Source: Thermotogota bacterium
Lineage (GTDB): Bacteria > Thermotogota > Thermotogae > Petrotogales > Petrotogaceae
Direction of reading: 5' to 3'
DNA: 23,040 nt
NCBI GenBank assembly: GCA_051748045.1
Contig: JBNJGY010000033.1
Location: 1 to 23,040, forward strand
Below, piece after piece: positions 9,627 to 18,237 of this stretch. The translations under genes and the position numbers were made by a program. Under the pieces are notes generated by a model. The model saw only the letters and a program-made list of their open reading frames with translations. It was not told where the DNA came from and made no database searches. Within the stretch, counting starts at the first letter, position 1. Every line of letters starts with the position of its first letter.

Positions 9627-10511
9627 CTATTCGGATAAAGATTCAATAAAGATTTTATTTATATTATTATAATAATCATAAATTGTTTTTGTGTTATTTG
9701 GATTTCCTAAAGGGTCTAATGTGGCGATTTTAATATTTAAATTATCAGCTATAGTTTTTGCGGCTCTATCAGACATTTGTGGCTCAATAAAAATAACTTT
9801 TACATCATGCTCTTTTGCTTTTGAGATTAATTGAGTTAATTCTTTTGGTGAAGGGTTTTTTCCTGGAGAACTTTGAACCACCCCAGCTATTTCTATATCA
9901 TATTCTTCAGCGTAATGAGGGAAAGAGTTGTGAAAAGTAAAAACAGAACCATTTAACTCATTTTTTCTAAAGTTTTGATCAATTAATTTTAATTTGGATA
10001 TTAAGATATTAGAATTATTTATATATTCATTTTTATTTGTAGGATTAATTTCAATCATTTTTTCTGTTAATTCGGGTATTATATATTTATGCATAAAAAC
10101 TGGGTTTATCCAAACATGTGGATTAATTCCATCGTGAGAATGATCGTGTTCTCCGTGTTCTTCGTCACTATGGTCGGTTTCTTCTTCATTCTCCTCAAAA
10201 TGTTCATGTAACACAACTTCACCAGCATAAAAAATATCTAGTTTATTATTAGATAAATTATCCAAAAATATTTCCGCATTTAAACCATTTACAACTAATA
10301 AATCACTTTCATAAATATTTTTTAAATCAGATGGAATCAAAGAATAAGTATGTGGTGATTTACCTTCTGGAATGATCATTTCTATTTCATCATTTTCAGA
10401 CTTTAGTTCCTGTAAAATAAGATAATAAGGATAGATAGAAGCAGTGAACTTAGCTGTGAAAACTGTTAATGATAATATAGCTATAATAGTTAATAATAAT
10501 AATTTTTTCAT
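9627..10511 (-). CDS. znuA: Zinc ABC transporter substrate-binding protein
   Basis: Signal peptide without lipobox; ligand motifs SPHTY, NPHVW, FHNSF, IEPQ; His/acid-rich loop HEHFEENEEETDHSDEEHGEHDHSHDG. Start set at ATG 10511, 7 nt after GGAGG. Confidence 0.92.
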   Translation of the reverse strand: MKKLLLLTIIAILSLTVFTAKFTASIYPYYLILQELKSENDEIEMIIPEGKSPHTYSLIPSDLKNIYESDLLVVNGLNAEIFLDNLSNNKLDIFYAGEVVLHEHFEENEEETDHSDEEHGEHDHSHDGINPHVWINPVFMHKYIIPELTEKMIEINPTNKNEYINNSNILISKLKLIDQNFRKNELNGSVFTFHNSFPHYAEEYDIEIAGVVQSSPGKNPSPKELTQLISKAKEHDVKVIFIEPQMSDRAAKTIADNLNIKIATLDPLGNPNNTKTIYDYYNNINKIFIESLSE

Positions 10512-10528
10512 TTTCATACCTCCATTAA

Positions 10529-10560
10529 TGCAATTTGTTTGTATTTGCAAATTATTTGCA
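10529..10560. promoter_or_regulatory. Two tandem 7-1-7 inverted repeats, putative Zur operator
   Basis: Perfect TGCAAAT-T-ATTTGCA at 10546-10560 and degenerate TGCAATT-T-GTTTGTA at 10529-10543, between the -10 element and the RBS of znuA. Confidence 0.75.
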
Positions 10561-10565
10561 TTTAT

Positions 10566-10574
10566 ATTATAACA
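10566..10574 (-). promoter_or_regulatory. Extended -10 promoter of the znu operon
   Basis: Minus strand TGTTATAAT; the predicted start site (about 10559) falls inside the perfect palindrome. Confidence 0.7.
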
Positions 10575-10615
10575 GATAATGTATTAAGAAAAAATAAATT
10601 GTTCGTTTAGAAATA

Positions 10616-10648
10616 AAAAAGGAGAAAGCTTTATGCTTTCTCCTTTTT
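10616..10648 (-). terminator. Intrinsic terminator of the ABC exporter gene, insulating the znu promoter
   Basis: AAAAAGGAGAAAGC-TTTAT-GCTTTCTCCTTTTT (14-5-14), 11 nt after the stop at 10660. Confidence 0.88.
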
Positions 10649-10659
10649 GCTATAATCTT

Positions 10660-12387
10660 TTAACTTAGTAATAATGATTCAAATTGAGCATTATAAAGTG
10701 AATAGTAAGCACCTTTTTTATTAATTAGTTCTTCATGAGTTCCTTGTTCTACAATACCTTCTTCAGTTAATACTATAATTCTTTGAGCATGTCTAATAGT
10801 TGCTAATCTATGTGCTATTATAAAAGTAGTTCTATTTGCAGAAAGTCTTTCTATTGACTCTTGAATAATCATTTCACTGTAATTATCTAATGAAGAAGTA
10901 GCTTCATCTAATATTAAAATTGGGGGATTTTTCAAAAACATTCTGGCAATAGAAATCCTTTGTTTTTGTCCTCCAGATAATTTTACACCTTTTTCGCCAA
11001 TATTTGTGCTATATCCATCTTTTAAATTCAAGATAAAGTCATGAGCATTTGCAGCTTTTGCAGCGTCTATAACTTCTTCATCAGTTGCATCGAATTTACC
11101 GTAGGCGATATTATCTCTGATAGTCCCTGAGAATAAGAAAACATCTTGTTGAACAACACCGATATTATTTCTTAATGAGTATAAAGTAAAGTCTTTAACA
11201 TCAGTTCCGTCGATTTTAACAGAACCTTCTGGAACATCATAAAATCTAGGGATTAGTGAACAAAGAGTTGATTTTCCCGCGCCTGAAGGGCCAACTATTG
11301 CAACAGTTTCACCTTTTTTAACTTCTAGATTAATGTTGTGAAGAACTTTTTTATTATCTTCATAACTAAAACCAACGTTTTCAAATTTTACATTTCCGTT
11401 TAAATTGCCAGCATCTTTTGCGTTTGGGTTGTCTTTTACTTCTGGATCGACATCCATAAGTTGTAAAAACCTTCTAAATCCAGCTCCACCTTGTTGATAC
11501 ATTTCAACAAACCTGAGTAAAATATTCAAAGGTTCTAAAAACTGAGTTACAAAAAGAGAATAAGCAAAAAAGTCCCCAACAGAAATTTGATCATTGTATA
11601 CAAAAATCCCGCCAGATAATAGCATGATAACAATAGCTAAATTTGATAAAAATTTAGTCTGAGAAAAGAAAACACCTAAATGTTTAAAAGCCTTTGCTCT
11701 GGCTTCTTTAAATCTTTCATTTCCTTTACTAAATTCATTTATTTCATGTTCTTCATTTGTAAATGATTTTACGACTCTTATTCCAGATAATGATTCTTCT
11801 ATTCTTGCATTTACATCAGCGATTTTTTCTTTTGCTTCTCTAAAAGCTTCTTCTAATTTATTATTAAAAATATACATGTAAATGAACATGAAAGGTACAA
11901 TTGAAAAAGTAATTAAAGTCAAAGGAACGTTTATAGTTAATAATAAAATAAATGCTCCGACGATTCTTACTACAGATATAAATAAGTCTTCTGGACCATG
12001 ATGAGCGACCTCAGCGATTTCTTGTAAATCAGTTACTATTCTCGACATAAGATGACCTACTTTTGTGTTGCTATAATAATTAAAATCCAGTTTTTGAAGA
12101 TGAACAAAAAGATCTTTTCTCATATCTGCTTGCATTCTTACTCCCATTACATGTCCCCAGTAATTTACTATATACTGGAAAACCATCATTAAAAGATACA
12201 CTCCCAAAAGAACTACTGAAAGCCAAATAATCATACTTAAATTATTATTTGGAATAGCGTCATTAATAACTTTTCTAGTGATCATAGGATATACCAAGCT
12301 TAATCCAGCTAAAGAAAAAGCAGAAAACATATCTAAAATAAATAATTTTAGATGTTTTTTGTAAAATTCAAAAAATCGTTTAAGCAT
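10660..12387 (-). CDS. ABC exporter, fused permease/ATP-binding half transporter (YwjA-like)
   Basis: N-terminal TM domain with EVAHHGPED motif; Walker A GPSGAGKST, LSGGQKQR, LDEATSSLD, IAHRL. Confidence 0.92.
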   Translation of the reverse strand: MLKRFFEFYKKHLKLFILDMFSAFSLAGLSLVYPMITRKVINDAIPNNNLSMIIWLSVVLLGVYLLMMVFQYIVNYWGHVMGVRMQADMRKDLFVHLQKLDFNYYSNTKVGHLMSRIVTDLQEIAEVAHHGPEDLFISVVRIVGAFILLLTINVPLTLITFSIVPFMFIYMYIFNNKLEEAFREAKEKIADVNARIEESLSGIRVVKSFTNEEHEINEFSKGNERFKEARAKAFKHLGVFFSQTKFLSNLAIVIMLLSGGIFVYNDQISVGDFFAYSLFVTQFLEPLNILLRFVEMYQQGGAGFRRFLQLMDVDPEVKDNPNAKDAGNLNGNVKFENVGFSYEDNKKVLHNINLEVKKGETVAIVGPSGAGKSTLCSLIPRFYDVPEGSVKIDGTDVKDFTLYSLRNNIGVVQQDVFLFSGTIRDNIAYGKFDATDEEVIDAAKAANAHDFILNLKDGYSTNIGEKGVKLSGGQKQRISIARMFLKNPPILILDEATSSLDNYSEMIIQESIERLSANRTTFIIAHRLATIRHAQRIIVLTEEGIVEQGTHEELINKKGAYYSLYNAQFESLLLS

Positions 12388-12429
12388 TATTTACCCCCAT
12401 ACAAAATTTTATAGTTAACTTCCCTTACT

Positions 12430-12438
12430 ATTCTATCA
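12430..12438 (-). promoter_or_regulatory. Possible extended -10 promoter for the ABC exporter
   Basis: Minus strand TGATAGAAT in the 71-nt gap upstream of the gene. Confidence 0.4.
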
Positions 12439-12458
12439 TAAAATTAAATTGATGCCCA

Positions 12459-13088
12459 TTATTTATAAGCATCAATTTCAATATATTTTTCATATCCAAT
12501 TTTTTTGGCTATATTTAAAGATCCGACGTTTTCAACTTCGCATCTATACAAAGGAATTTCATTATTTTCAAAACACCATTTTGTTGATTGTTGAACTGCA
12601 GCTGCTCCTAAATTCTTTTTTCTGTAAGCTGGATGGGTTATAACACCTATATCTTTAAAGGGGCCATAATCAATTATGCTTGAAGCTGATACAATTTTGT
12701 CTTTATCAAAAGCAGCAAAAATAGCTATATGGTCTAATTCTACAAACCCTGCTTCTTTGTCTGCTTCTGTTAATTCACTCTGAAAAATATCAAATTGTTT
12801 TTTGTAAGAATCATCAATTTGCTTTACTTCATAATCTCCAAAATCAATGTTATTAAGTTTATTTTTTTCTATATGCAAAAAGTATTCTTTACTACAAAAA
12901 TTAAATTGTTCTTCTTTACTTAAGCGCTGTTCGTTGTTTTCTGTAAAAAATAAAATTTCTTTTCCTTCAATACACCATTTTTCTATGTAATCAGAAGTAC
13001 CTTTTCTTTTAAATCTTAATCTATTATCTGTAAAATCATCCTTAATAATTTTTAGATACTCCATCCACATATCAAAAAGACTTTTCAT
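12459..13088 (-). CDS. GNAT-family N-acetyltransferase
   Basis: C-terminal DIGVITHPAYRKKNLGAAAV acetyl-CoA loop and NVGSLNIAKKIGY motif. Confidence 0.85.
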   Translation of the reverse strand: MKSLFDMWMEYLKIIKDDFTDNRLRFKRKGTSDYIEKWCIEGKEILFFTENNEQRLSKEEQFNFCSKEYFLHIEKNKLNNIDFGDYEVKQIDDSYKKQFDIFQSELTEADKEAGFVELDHIAIFAAFDKDKIVSASSIIDYGPFKDIGVITHPAYRKKNLGAAAVQQSTKWCFENNEIPLYRCEVENVGSLNIAKKIGYEKYIEIDAYK

Positions 13089-13112
13089 AATCCCACCCCC
13101 ATGGAAATATTT

Positions 13113-13928
13113 TTAAACTAATTTTTTATAATAAGATAATATTGTTTCAGAGTCTTCAAAACCGATTTTTTGGTATAAATTTTGGGAAATTAAATTATTT
13201 GCATTGACTGTTAAATAAATTCTTTCTGTATTTGCATTTTTAAATAGATATTTTATAGTAAAAATCAAAAGGTTTTTTCTTATATTTCTATTTCTGAAAT
13301 CACCTTCAACTTCAAAATTTTTGATATAAGCTGTATTTTCTTTTTTTGTATAAGAAATATGGGCTATAATTTCTCCATCTTTTTGATAGTAAAAAACTTT
13401 ATCATATTTACCAAAATCAATATCCTCAAAAGCTTCATTTTCATTAGGAATATATTCTTTTACATATTGAAAATCAGTTTCTTCTAAATCATTGAATTTT
13501 CCTTTATCTAAAAAAATATTTTTTTGAGAAATTTTTAGCTTAAACTTATTTGAACTACAAAACTTCTTAAGCTTTTTATTCTCTTTATAGAATTTTACTT
13601 TTAACTTATTATAAACGTTTTTATCTATATTTTTCATAAAGGCTGCAAACAATTTGTCGTTTTTTCTAGCCCAGTAAATATCGTCTATAATAGGCCCTAT
13701 TAACTGAATAGTTCCTTTGTTTTTATTTTTCTCCCCAGATATAAAACCCACAATATTGTTTTTATCAACCAAAACAAAACTATTTTCTTTGTCTAAATTT
13801 TGTAATTGGTTTATTAAAGCACTATAATCATCTTCTAAAAAAAAGATATTATGCTCCTTTTTTGAATTATATTCATTCAAAAATTTTGCTACAGGAACCA
13901 ATAATTCTTGTTTGAGTTTTTCGATCAT
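13113..13928 (-). CDS. GNAT-family N-acetyltransferase, probably tandem domains
   Basis: C-terminal FEVEGDFRNRNI and LTVNANNLISQNLYQKIGF; N-half with IVGFI and ENKKLKKFCSSNKF resembles a degenerate GNAT. Start set at ATG 13928 behind a G-run RBS. Confidence 0.75.
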   Translation of the reverse strand: MIEKLKQELLVPVAKFLNEYNSKKEHNIFFLEDDYSALINQLQNLDKENSFVLVDKNNIVGFISGEKNKNKGTIQLIGPIIDDIYWARKNDKLFAAFMKNIDKNVYNKLKVKFYKENKKLKKFCSSNKFKLKISQKNIFLDKGKFNDLEETDFQYVKEYIPNENEAFEDIDFGKYDKVFYYQKDGEIIAHISYTKKENTAYIKNFEVEGDFRNRNIRKNLLIFTIKYLFKNANTERIYLTVNANNLISQNLYQKIGFEDSETILSYYKKLV

Positions 13929-13951
13929 TTGTTCCCCCCCTAAGTTATATG

Positions 13952-15367
13952 TCAATAAGTTTCAAAATCCCATTTATTTGTATTTATAAAATCTTCGTAG
14001 AATTGTAATTCCATATAATCAGATAAAAAATTGGTATTAATTCTATAAGAAATACCAATTCCAGATAAATAATCTACATTATAGTTATATGTATCAATTA
14101 AAATATCTTCAGATTCAACATTTTTTGCTATTATAAAATTATCATTAAATTCTTTATAATCATTCAAAACTAAATTCAAGTCCAATAGTCTATTGTATTT
14201 TCCAACATATGGAGAAATCTCATTAGTCTTTTTATCAATTAGTAAATTATTTTTTAAAATATTACTTAAATTATTCTGTATATAATTTCTTAACCCTTCA
14301 GTTTTTATGGCCGACAGAGTAATAGCGTACTGTGGGTCGTTATAAAAATAAAAATCTTCATAGCTTGATGATACATAAGAAGTTGAATAGTATTCAATTT
14401 GCTGTTTTAATAAGTTTTCTAAATCGCCATTAAATTCATGCAAGAAAGTATAATCCCATCCATCTCCTGGTTCTTCATTTACAGAGCCTACATAATAATT
14501 TATTTCATCTGCGAATTCGTAAATGATCTCTATAAATGCCATATCACAAGCATCAGTTCCAAAAACGTCTATTTTATGTTCGAATTCAACTTGAAAGTTT
14601 TTCAACAGTTGAGTTATTTCTTTTATTTTTAAAGATGAGTTTCCATTTCCTTCATCAATAACAATTTGCTTTAGAGAATAGTTTGCATAATCATCATCAT
14701 AATTGCTTTCGTCAATCCAACCATTTCCGTGATTCCATATATCTAAATATTTAATAGTTTCCTTTGATCTACTCATCATCTCAAAAAGATAGTTTTCTAA
14801 AGTTTGAATATCTCCTGAATTTATTTCTCCTTCAGCATTATAATAAGGTGATTCTTGAGTTTCATAATAATGTCCATCTATTGAATAAATATTGTAAATT
14901 GTGTCTGGGTCATCACTAAAGTCAGCAATAACATTTACTATCATATCAGAATTAGAATTTTTAACCCCATTTCTAATTTCTTCAATATCTTTTCCTAAAA
15001 AATTAGGGTAAGTTGTTAGATTATTATCTCCGCCTCCCCAAAGCAACATTTGAAATTCAGGGTGTTTTTTTGAAACATTTTCTTTCCATATCCTTCCGTA
15101 CTCATCAGTGTATTTAACAGATAAAGAATCATTTCCTTTTATTATATTTCTTTCGATAAATACTTTTCTACTAGGGGTTTCAAAACTATATGAAGTTCCA
15201 TTAATTTCAATATTTTTAATTTTCACATTAAACTCTAAATACTGTGAAAAATCAGTGTTATATATTTGTTTTGTTATTAAAGGAGTTTCTACATTTTTTT
15301 TCATAGTTATACAAGAACTAAAAACCAATACAATTAATAATATTAAAATATAAAATATTTTTCTCAT
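13952..15367 (-). CDS. Clostripain-related (peptidase C11) cysteine protease, predicted lipoprotein
   Basis: Lipobox-like VFSSC; GGDNNL, INSGD, catalytic His in IWNHGNGW, catalytic Cys in GTDACDMAFIE, GSVNEEPGDGWDY. Confidence 0.85.
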   Translation of the reverse strand: MRKIFYILILLIVLVFSSCITMKKNVETPLITKQIYNTDFSQYLEFNVKIKNIEINGTSYSFETPSRKVFIERNIIKGNDSLSVKYTDEYGRIWKENVSKKHPEFQMLLWGGGDNNLTTYPNFLGKDIEEIRNGVKNSNSDMIVNVIADFSDDPDTIYNIYSIDGHYYETQESPYYNAEGEINSGDIQTLENYLFEMMSRSKETIKYLDIWNHGNGWIDESNYDDDYANYSLKQIVIDEGNGNSSLKIKEITQLLKNFQVEFEHKIDVFGTDACDMAFIEIIYEFADEINYYVGSVNEEPGDGWDYTFLHEFNGDLENLLKQQIEYYSTSYVSSSYEDFYFYNDPQYAITLSAIKTEGLRNYIQNNLSNILKNNLLIDKKTNEISPYVGKYNRLLDLNLVLNDYKEFNDNFIIAKNVESEDILIDTYNYNVDYLSGIGISYRINTNFLSDYMELQFYEDFINTNKWDFETY

Positions 15368-15394
15368 ATTATCACCTTATTTTTATTAAAGCCA

Positions 15395-16186
15395 TTAAAT
15401 AATAATAACAACAACACCAAGAGTTACAAAAGAAGCTGTAAATAACCAATCTTTGATTCTCCAGTTGAATACTTTGAACCTTGTTCTTCCTTCATAACCA
15501 GAATATCCTCTTGCTTCCATAGCTATACTTAGTTCTTCTGCTCTTCTTAAAGCTGAAACTAATAGTGGAATAATTATTGATACTACACCTTTTATTTTAC
15601 CTGAAAGTTTTCTATCATCAAACTTTGCACCTCTACTCATCTGAGCTTTAATAATTCTATCTGCTTCGGATGCCATGACGGGTATAAACCTAATTGCTAT
15701 CGTCATGACCATTGAAAGCTCATGAGCAAAACTTTTTGGAACAAAAAACCATCTCAAAACATCTTCCATTGCATGAGCTAGAGATGTCGGAGAAGTCGTT
15801 AAGGTTAAAACACTTGAAAGCATTATAGCAAATAAAATTCTAAAAGTAATTATTGAAGCGTTAAATAGTCCTTGATCTGTGATTTCCAAAAATCCAAACT
15901 CAAAAACCACATCACCCATACTATTAAAAAGCTGAACTACAAAAGCAAAAATAACAATAAACCATATGGATTTCAATGATTTTAAATAATATCTTATGGG
16001 TAATTTTGAAGCTAGCATTAAAGAGAATGTATATAATGTCATTAAAACTACATCATAAACAGAATTAATTGAAAAAGCAAAACCAGCTAAAACAAAAAGA
16101 CCTAAGAGTTTCCCTCTTGGATCTAAATTATGCATAAATGATTCTTTTTCTACATATCTTCCTAAAGCAACATTATCTAGAAGCAT
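15395..16186 (-). CDS. ecfT: Energy-coupling factor transporter transmembrane component T
   Basis: GRY...HNLDPRGK N-terminus, TLTTSP, IAIRFIP, and the two conserved XRX motifs AQMSRG and AMEARG. Confidence 0.93.
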   Translation of the reverse strand: MLLDNVALGRYVEKESFMHNLDPRGKLLGLFVLAGFAFSINSVYDVVLMTLYTFSLMLASKLPIRYYLKSLKSIWFIVIFAFVVQLFNSMGDVVFEFGFLEITDQGLFNASIITFRILFAIMLSSVLTLTTSPTSLAHAMEDVLRWFFVPKSFAHELSMVMTIAIRFIPVMASEADRIIKAQMSRGAKFDDRKLSGKIKGVVSIIIPLLVSALRRAEELSIAMEARGYSGYEGRTRFKVFNWRIKDWLFTASFVTLGVVVIII

Positions 16187-16304
16187 TCTTATATCAAACC
16201 TTTCATAATAATTTTATATAAAGACATTATAATATTTTTTTGTAACTATGACTTTTTTACTGGTTTAATTATACAATATGATAAAATTTAATGGGGGAGA
16301 TAAT

Positions 16305-16934
16305 ATGTCAAAACTAGATAAAATTAAATCAGTCAAGTTAATTATAACAGTTTGTCTGTTGATTTTTATAATTTTTCTGATTTTTACCTTATTCAACATT
16401 TCAAATATAAAAGATTATCAGTATAAAATAGACTTTTTTCAATTCTATTTAAAAAGTCATTATGGTTTAAAAGATATTATAATAAAAGATTTTGTAGAAG
16501 TATTTGAAATGTTGAATGAAAATAGATCTCATGTTGTTGAAAATGTAACGCCTTTAGAAATGTTAGCCATCGGAATAAAAGAAACAAATTTTAGAAACGT
16601 AAAAGGTGATGGAGATGATTCTTTAGGTTTTTTTCAAGTTCAAGAACCAACTTATTGGTTTGTGAAACATAAGCATAATGATTTATTTTTAAAAATTAAT
16701 TTTTATAGTCTTCCTTGGATATGGGATAATGTTAGAATCAGACCTGATGCCCAGCTATTAACAGCTATTTTATATTTAGATTATTTAAAAGAAAGATTTT
16801 CAGAAGATGTAGCTTTTTCACATTACAATGGTGGAAATATGTATTATCAACAAGATATAATGGTTATGATAGATAATATAAATAATAAATATAAACAATA
16901 TAAAACAAACAAGGAGATGGGTTATTATGATTAA
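16305..16934 (+). CDS. Membrane-anchored lytic transglycosylase (SLT/lysozyme-like domain)
   Basis: TM anchor; motif I AIGIKETNF (catalytic Glu), motif II SLGFFQV, motif III AILYL...HYNGG. Start set at ATG 16305 behind GGGGGAG. Confidence 0.8.
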   Translation: MSKLDKIKSVKLIITVCLLIFIIFLIFTLFNISNIKDYQYKIDFFQFYLKSHYGLKDIIIKDFVEVFEMLNENRSHVVENVTPLEMLAIGIKETNFRNVKGDGDDSLGFFQVQEPTYWFVKHKHNDLFLKINFYSLPWIWDNVRIRPDAQLLTAILYLDYLKERFSEDVAFSHYNGGNMYYQQDIMVMIDNINNKYKQYKTNKEMGYYD

Positions 16935-17730
16935 TGAGCCACTTATTGCAAAATCTATATTTTCAGAAAAGGTATGGGGCAATTATAAATTAAATAATCT
17001 TTTCGACATAGAAACAGAGGACCCGATCGGCGAAGTTTGGTTATATTCTGATGTAAAGGGAAAAGAAACTGATTTAATAGGTTTAGAAAGCAAAAAAATT
17101 TATGGATACCCATCAGATTTATTTCCAGAAATACCTTTGTTAATTAAGTTAATAGCAACGTCTTCTTGGCTTTCTGTACAAGTTCATCCAGATGATGAAA
17201 TTGCAAGAGAAATTGAAAACCAAAAGTGGGGTAAAACTGAAAGTTGGTATTTTTTAGAAAATAATGGAAGAATAAAGGTTAGTAACGACAATATAGGGGT
17301 TAAATCAGCTTTAGAAGATAATTCTTGGGAAAATGTATTGGAAGATCACAAAATGAATAAATTTGACAGTATATTTCTTCCTGCAGGTACAGTTCATACT
17401 CTAGGCCCTGATAGTATTCTTTTAGAAGTTCAACAAAGCTCTGATGTAACATATAGACTTTATGACTGGGGAAGGCCAAGAGAAATTCATGTAGATAAAG
17501 CAAAAAAAGTTATGGAAAGAATAAATGCAAGCTATTCAATTTCAAGAAATATTGAAGGATTAGAAAGTAAATATTTTTCATTTAATAAATTTGAAAATAA
17601 TATAAAAAAAGGTTTTGGAATTTTTGTATCCTTAAAGGATTATAAAACAATAGTTTTGCCAGAAGATATAGAATATAACTTTAAGGGTCAATGGATAGAA
17701 TACAGGATTAATAAAAATGGCTGGAAATAA
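16927..17730 (+). CDS. manA: Mannose-6-phosphate isomerase, class I (short form)
   Basis: EKVWG, PIGEVW, PLLIKLI, LSVQVHP, KTESWY, AGTVH, EVQQSSDVTYRLYDWGRPREIH; 8-nt overlap with the upstream gene. Confidence 0.9.
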   Translation: MINEPLIAKSIFSEKVWGNYKLNNLFDIETEDPIGEVWLYSDVKGKETDLIGLESKKIYGYPSDLFPEIPLLIKLIATSSWLSVQVHPDDEIAREIENQKWGKTESWYFLENNGRIKVSNDNIGVKSALEDNSWENVLEDHKMNKFDSIFLPAGTVHTLGPDSILLEVQQSSDVTYRLYDWGRPREIHVDKAKKVMERINASYSISRNIEGLESKYFSFNKFENNIKKGFGIFVSLKDYKTIVLPEDIEYNFKGQWIEYRINKNGWK

Positions 17731-17761
17731 AAAGTGCAATTCATAATGAATTGCACTTTTT
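17729..17761. terminator. Bidirectional terminator between convergent manA and GNAT genes
   Basis: Perfect 16-1-16 repeat AAAAAGTGCAATTCAT-A-ATGAATTGCACTTTTT filling the intergenic gap. Confidence 0.88.
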
Positions 17762-18219
17762 TAAATTATTTTTTTAACTTTTATTCCAGCATTTTTAAAA
17801 CCAAATCTTTCATAAAAAGGTAAAACTTCTTCATTTCCTGCTGCAACCAGAATATCTATATTATTAACCTGATTATTTTTTAGCCAGTTAAGAGATTTTT
17901 CCATCATCAACTTTCCTAAACCATACTTTCTAAAAGAATTTTTTATATAAAGAGTTTCTATTATACCTTTTCCATTTTTGTTATGGGTAGATACACAATG
18001 CCCAGCTTTTTTATTTCCAACATAACTTACTAAAACTAAGATCTCGCCTTCTTCAGTTTTTTTTATTAATTCTTTTTCTCTTTCATTGAATTTAAAGTTA
18101 GCAAATCTTTCTTTAAAATTAATAGACTTTTCTTGATGATGTTTATTTAGCATTTCCCAAGTTTCTTGAATTTCACTTAAAAGTTCAATACCACCTTCTT
18201 TAATACTTATAGCTTCCAT
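17761..18219 (-). CDS. GNAT-family N-acetyltransferase
   Basis: LYIKNSFRKYGLGKLMM and VAAGNEEVLPFYERFGF motifs; AAGGAG RBS. Confidence 0.9.
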   Translation of the reverse strand: MEAISIKEGGIELLSEIQETWEMLNKHHQEKSINFKERFANFKFNEREKELIKKTEEGEILVLVSYVGNKKAGHCVSTHNKNGKGIIETLYIKNSFRKYGLGKLMMEKSLNWLKNNQVNNIDILVAAGNEEVLPFYERFGFKNAGIKVKKII

Positions 18220-18237
18220 CTTATCATCTCCTTTATT

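Noticed and set aside
10512..10550. N-terminal extensions given by the ORF track for znuA, and likewise zur, znuB, GNAT 13955, SLT 16278 and hypothetical 19401
   Set aside because: The extensions run through RBS or operator sequence, or overlap the upstream gene; downstream ATGs have better SD spacing or stop-start coupling.
12380..13102. Out-of-frame ATGs immediately 5' of G-run RBSs (ATGGGGG) as regulatory uORFs
   Set aside because: AT before a G-run is expected by chance in AT-rich DNA and these ATGs have no SD of their own.
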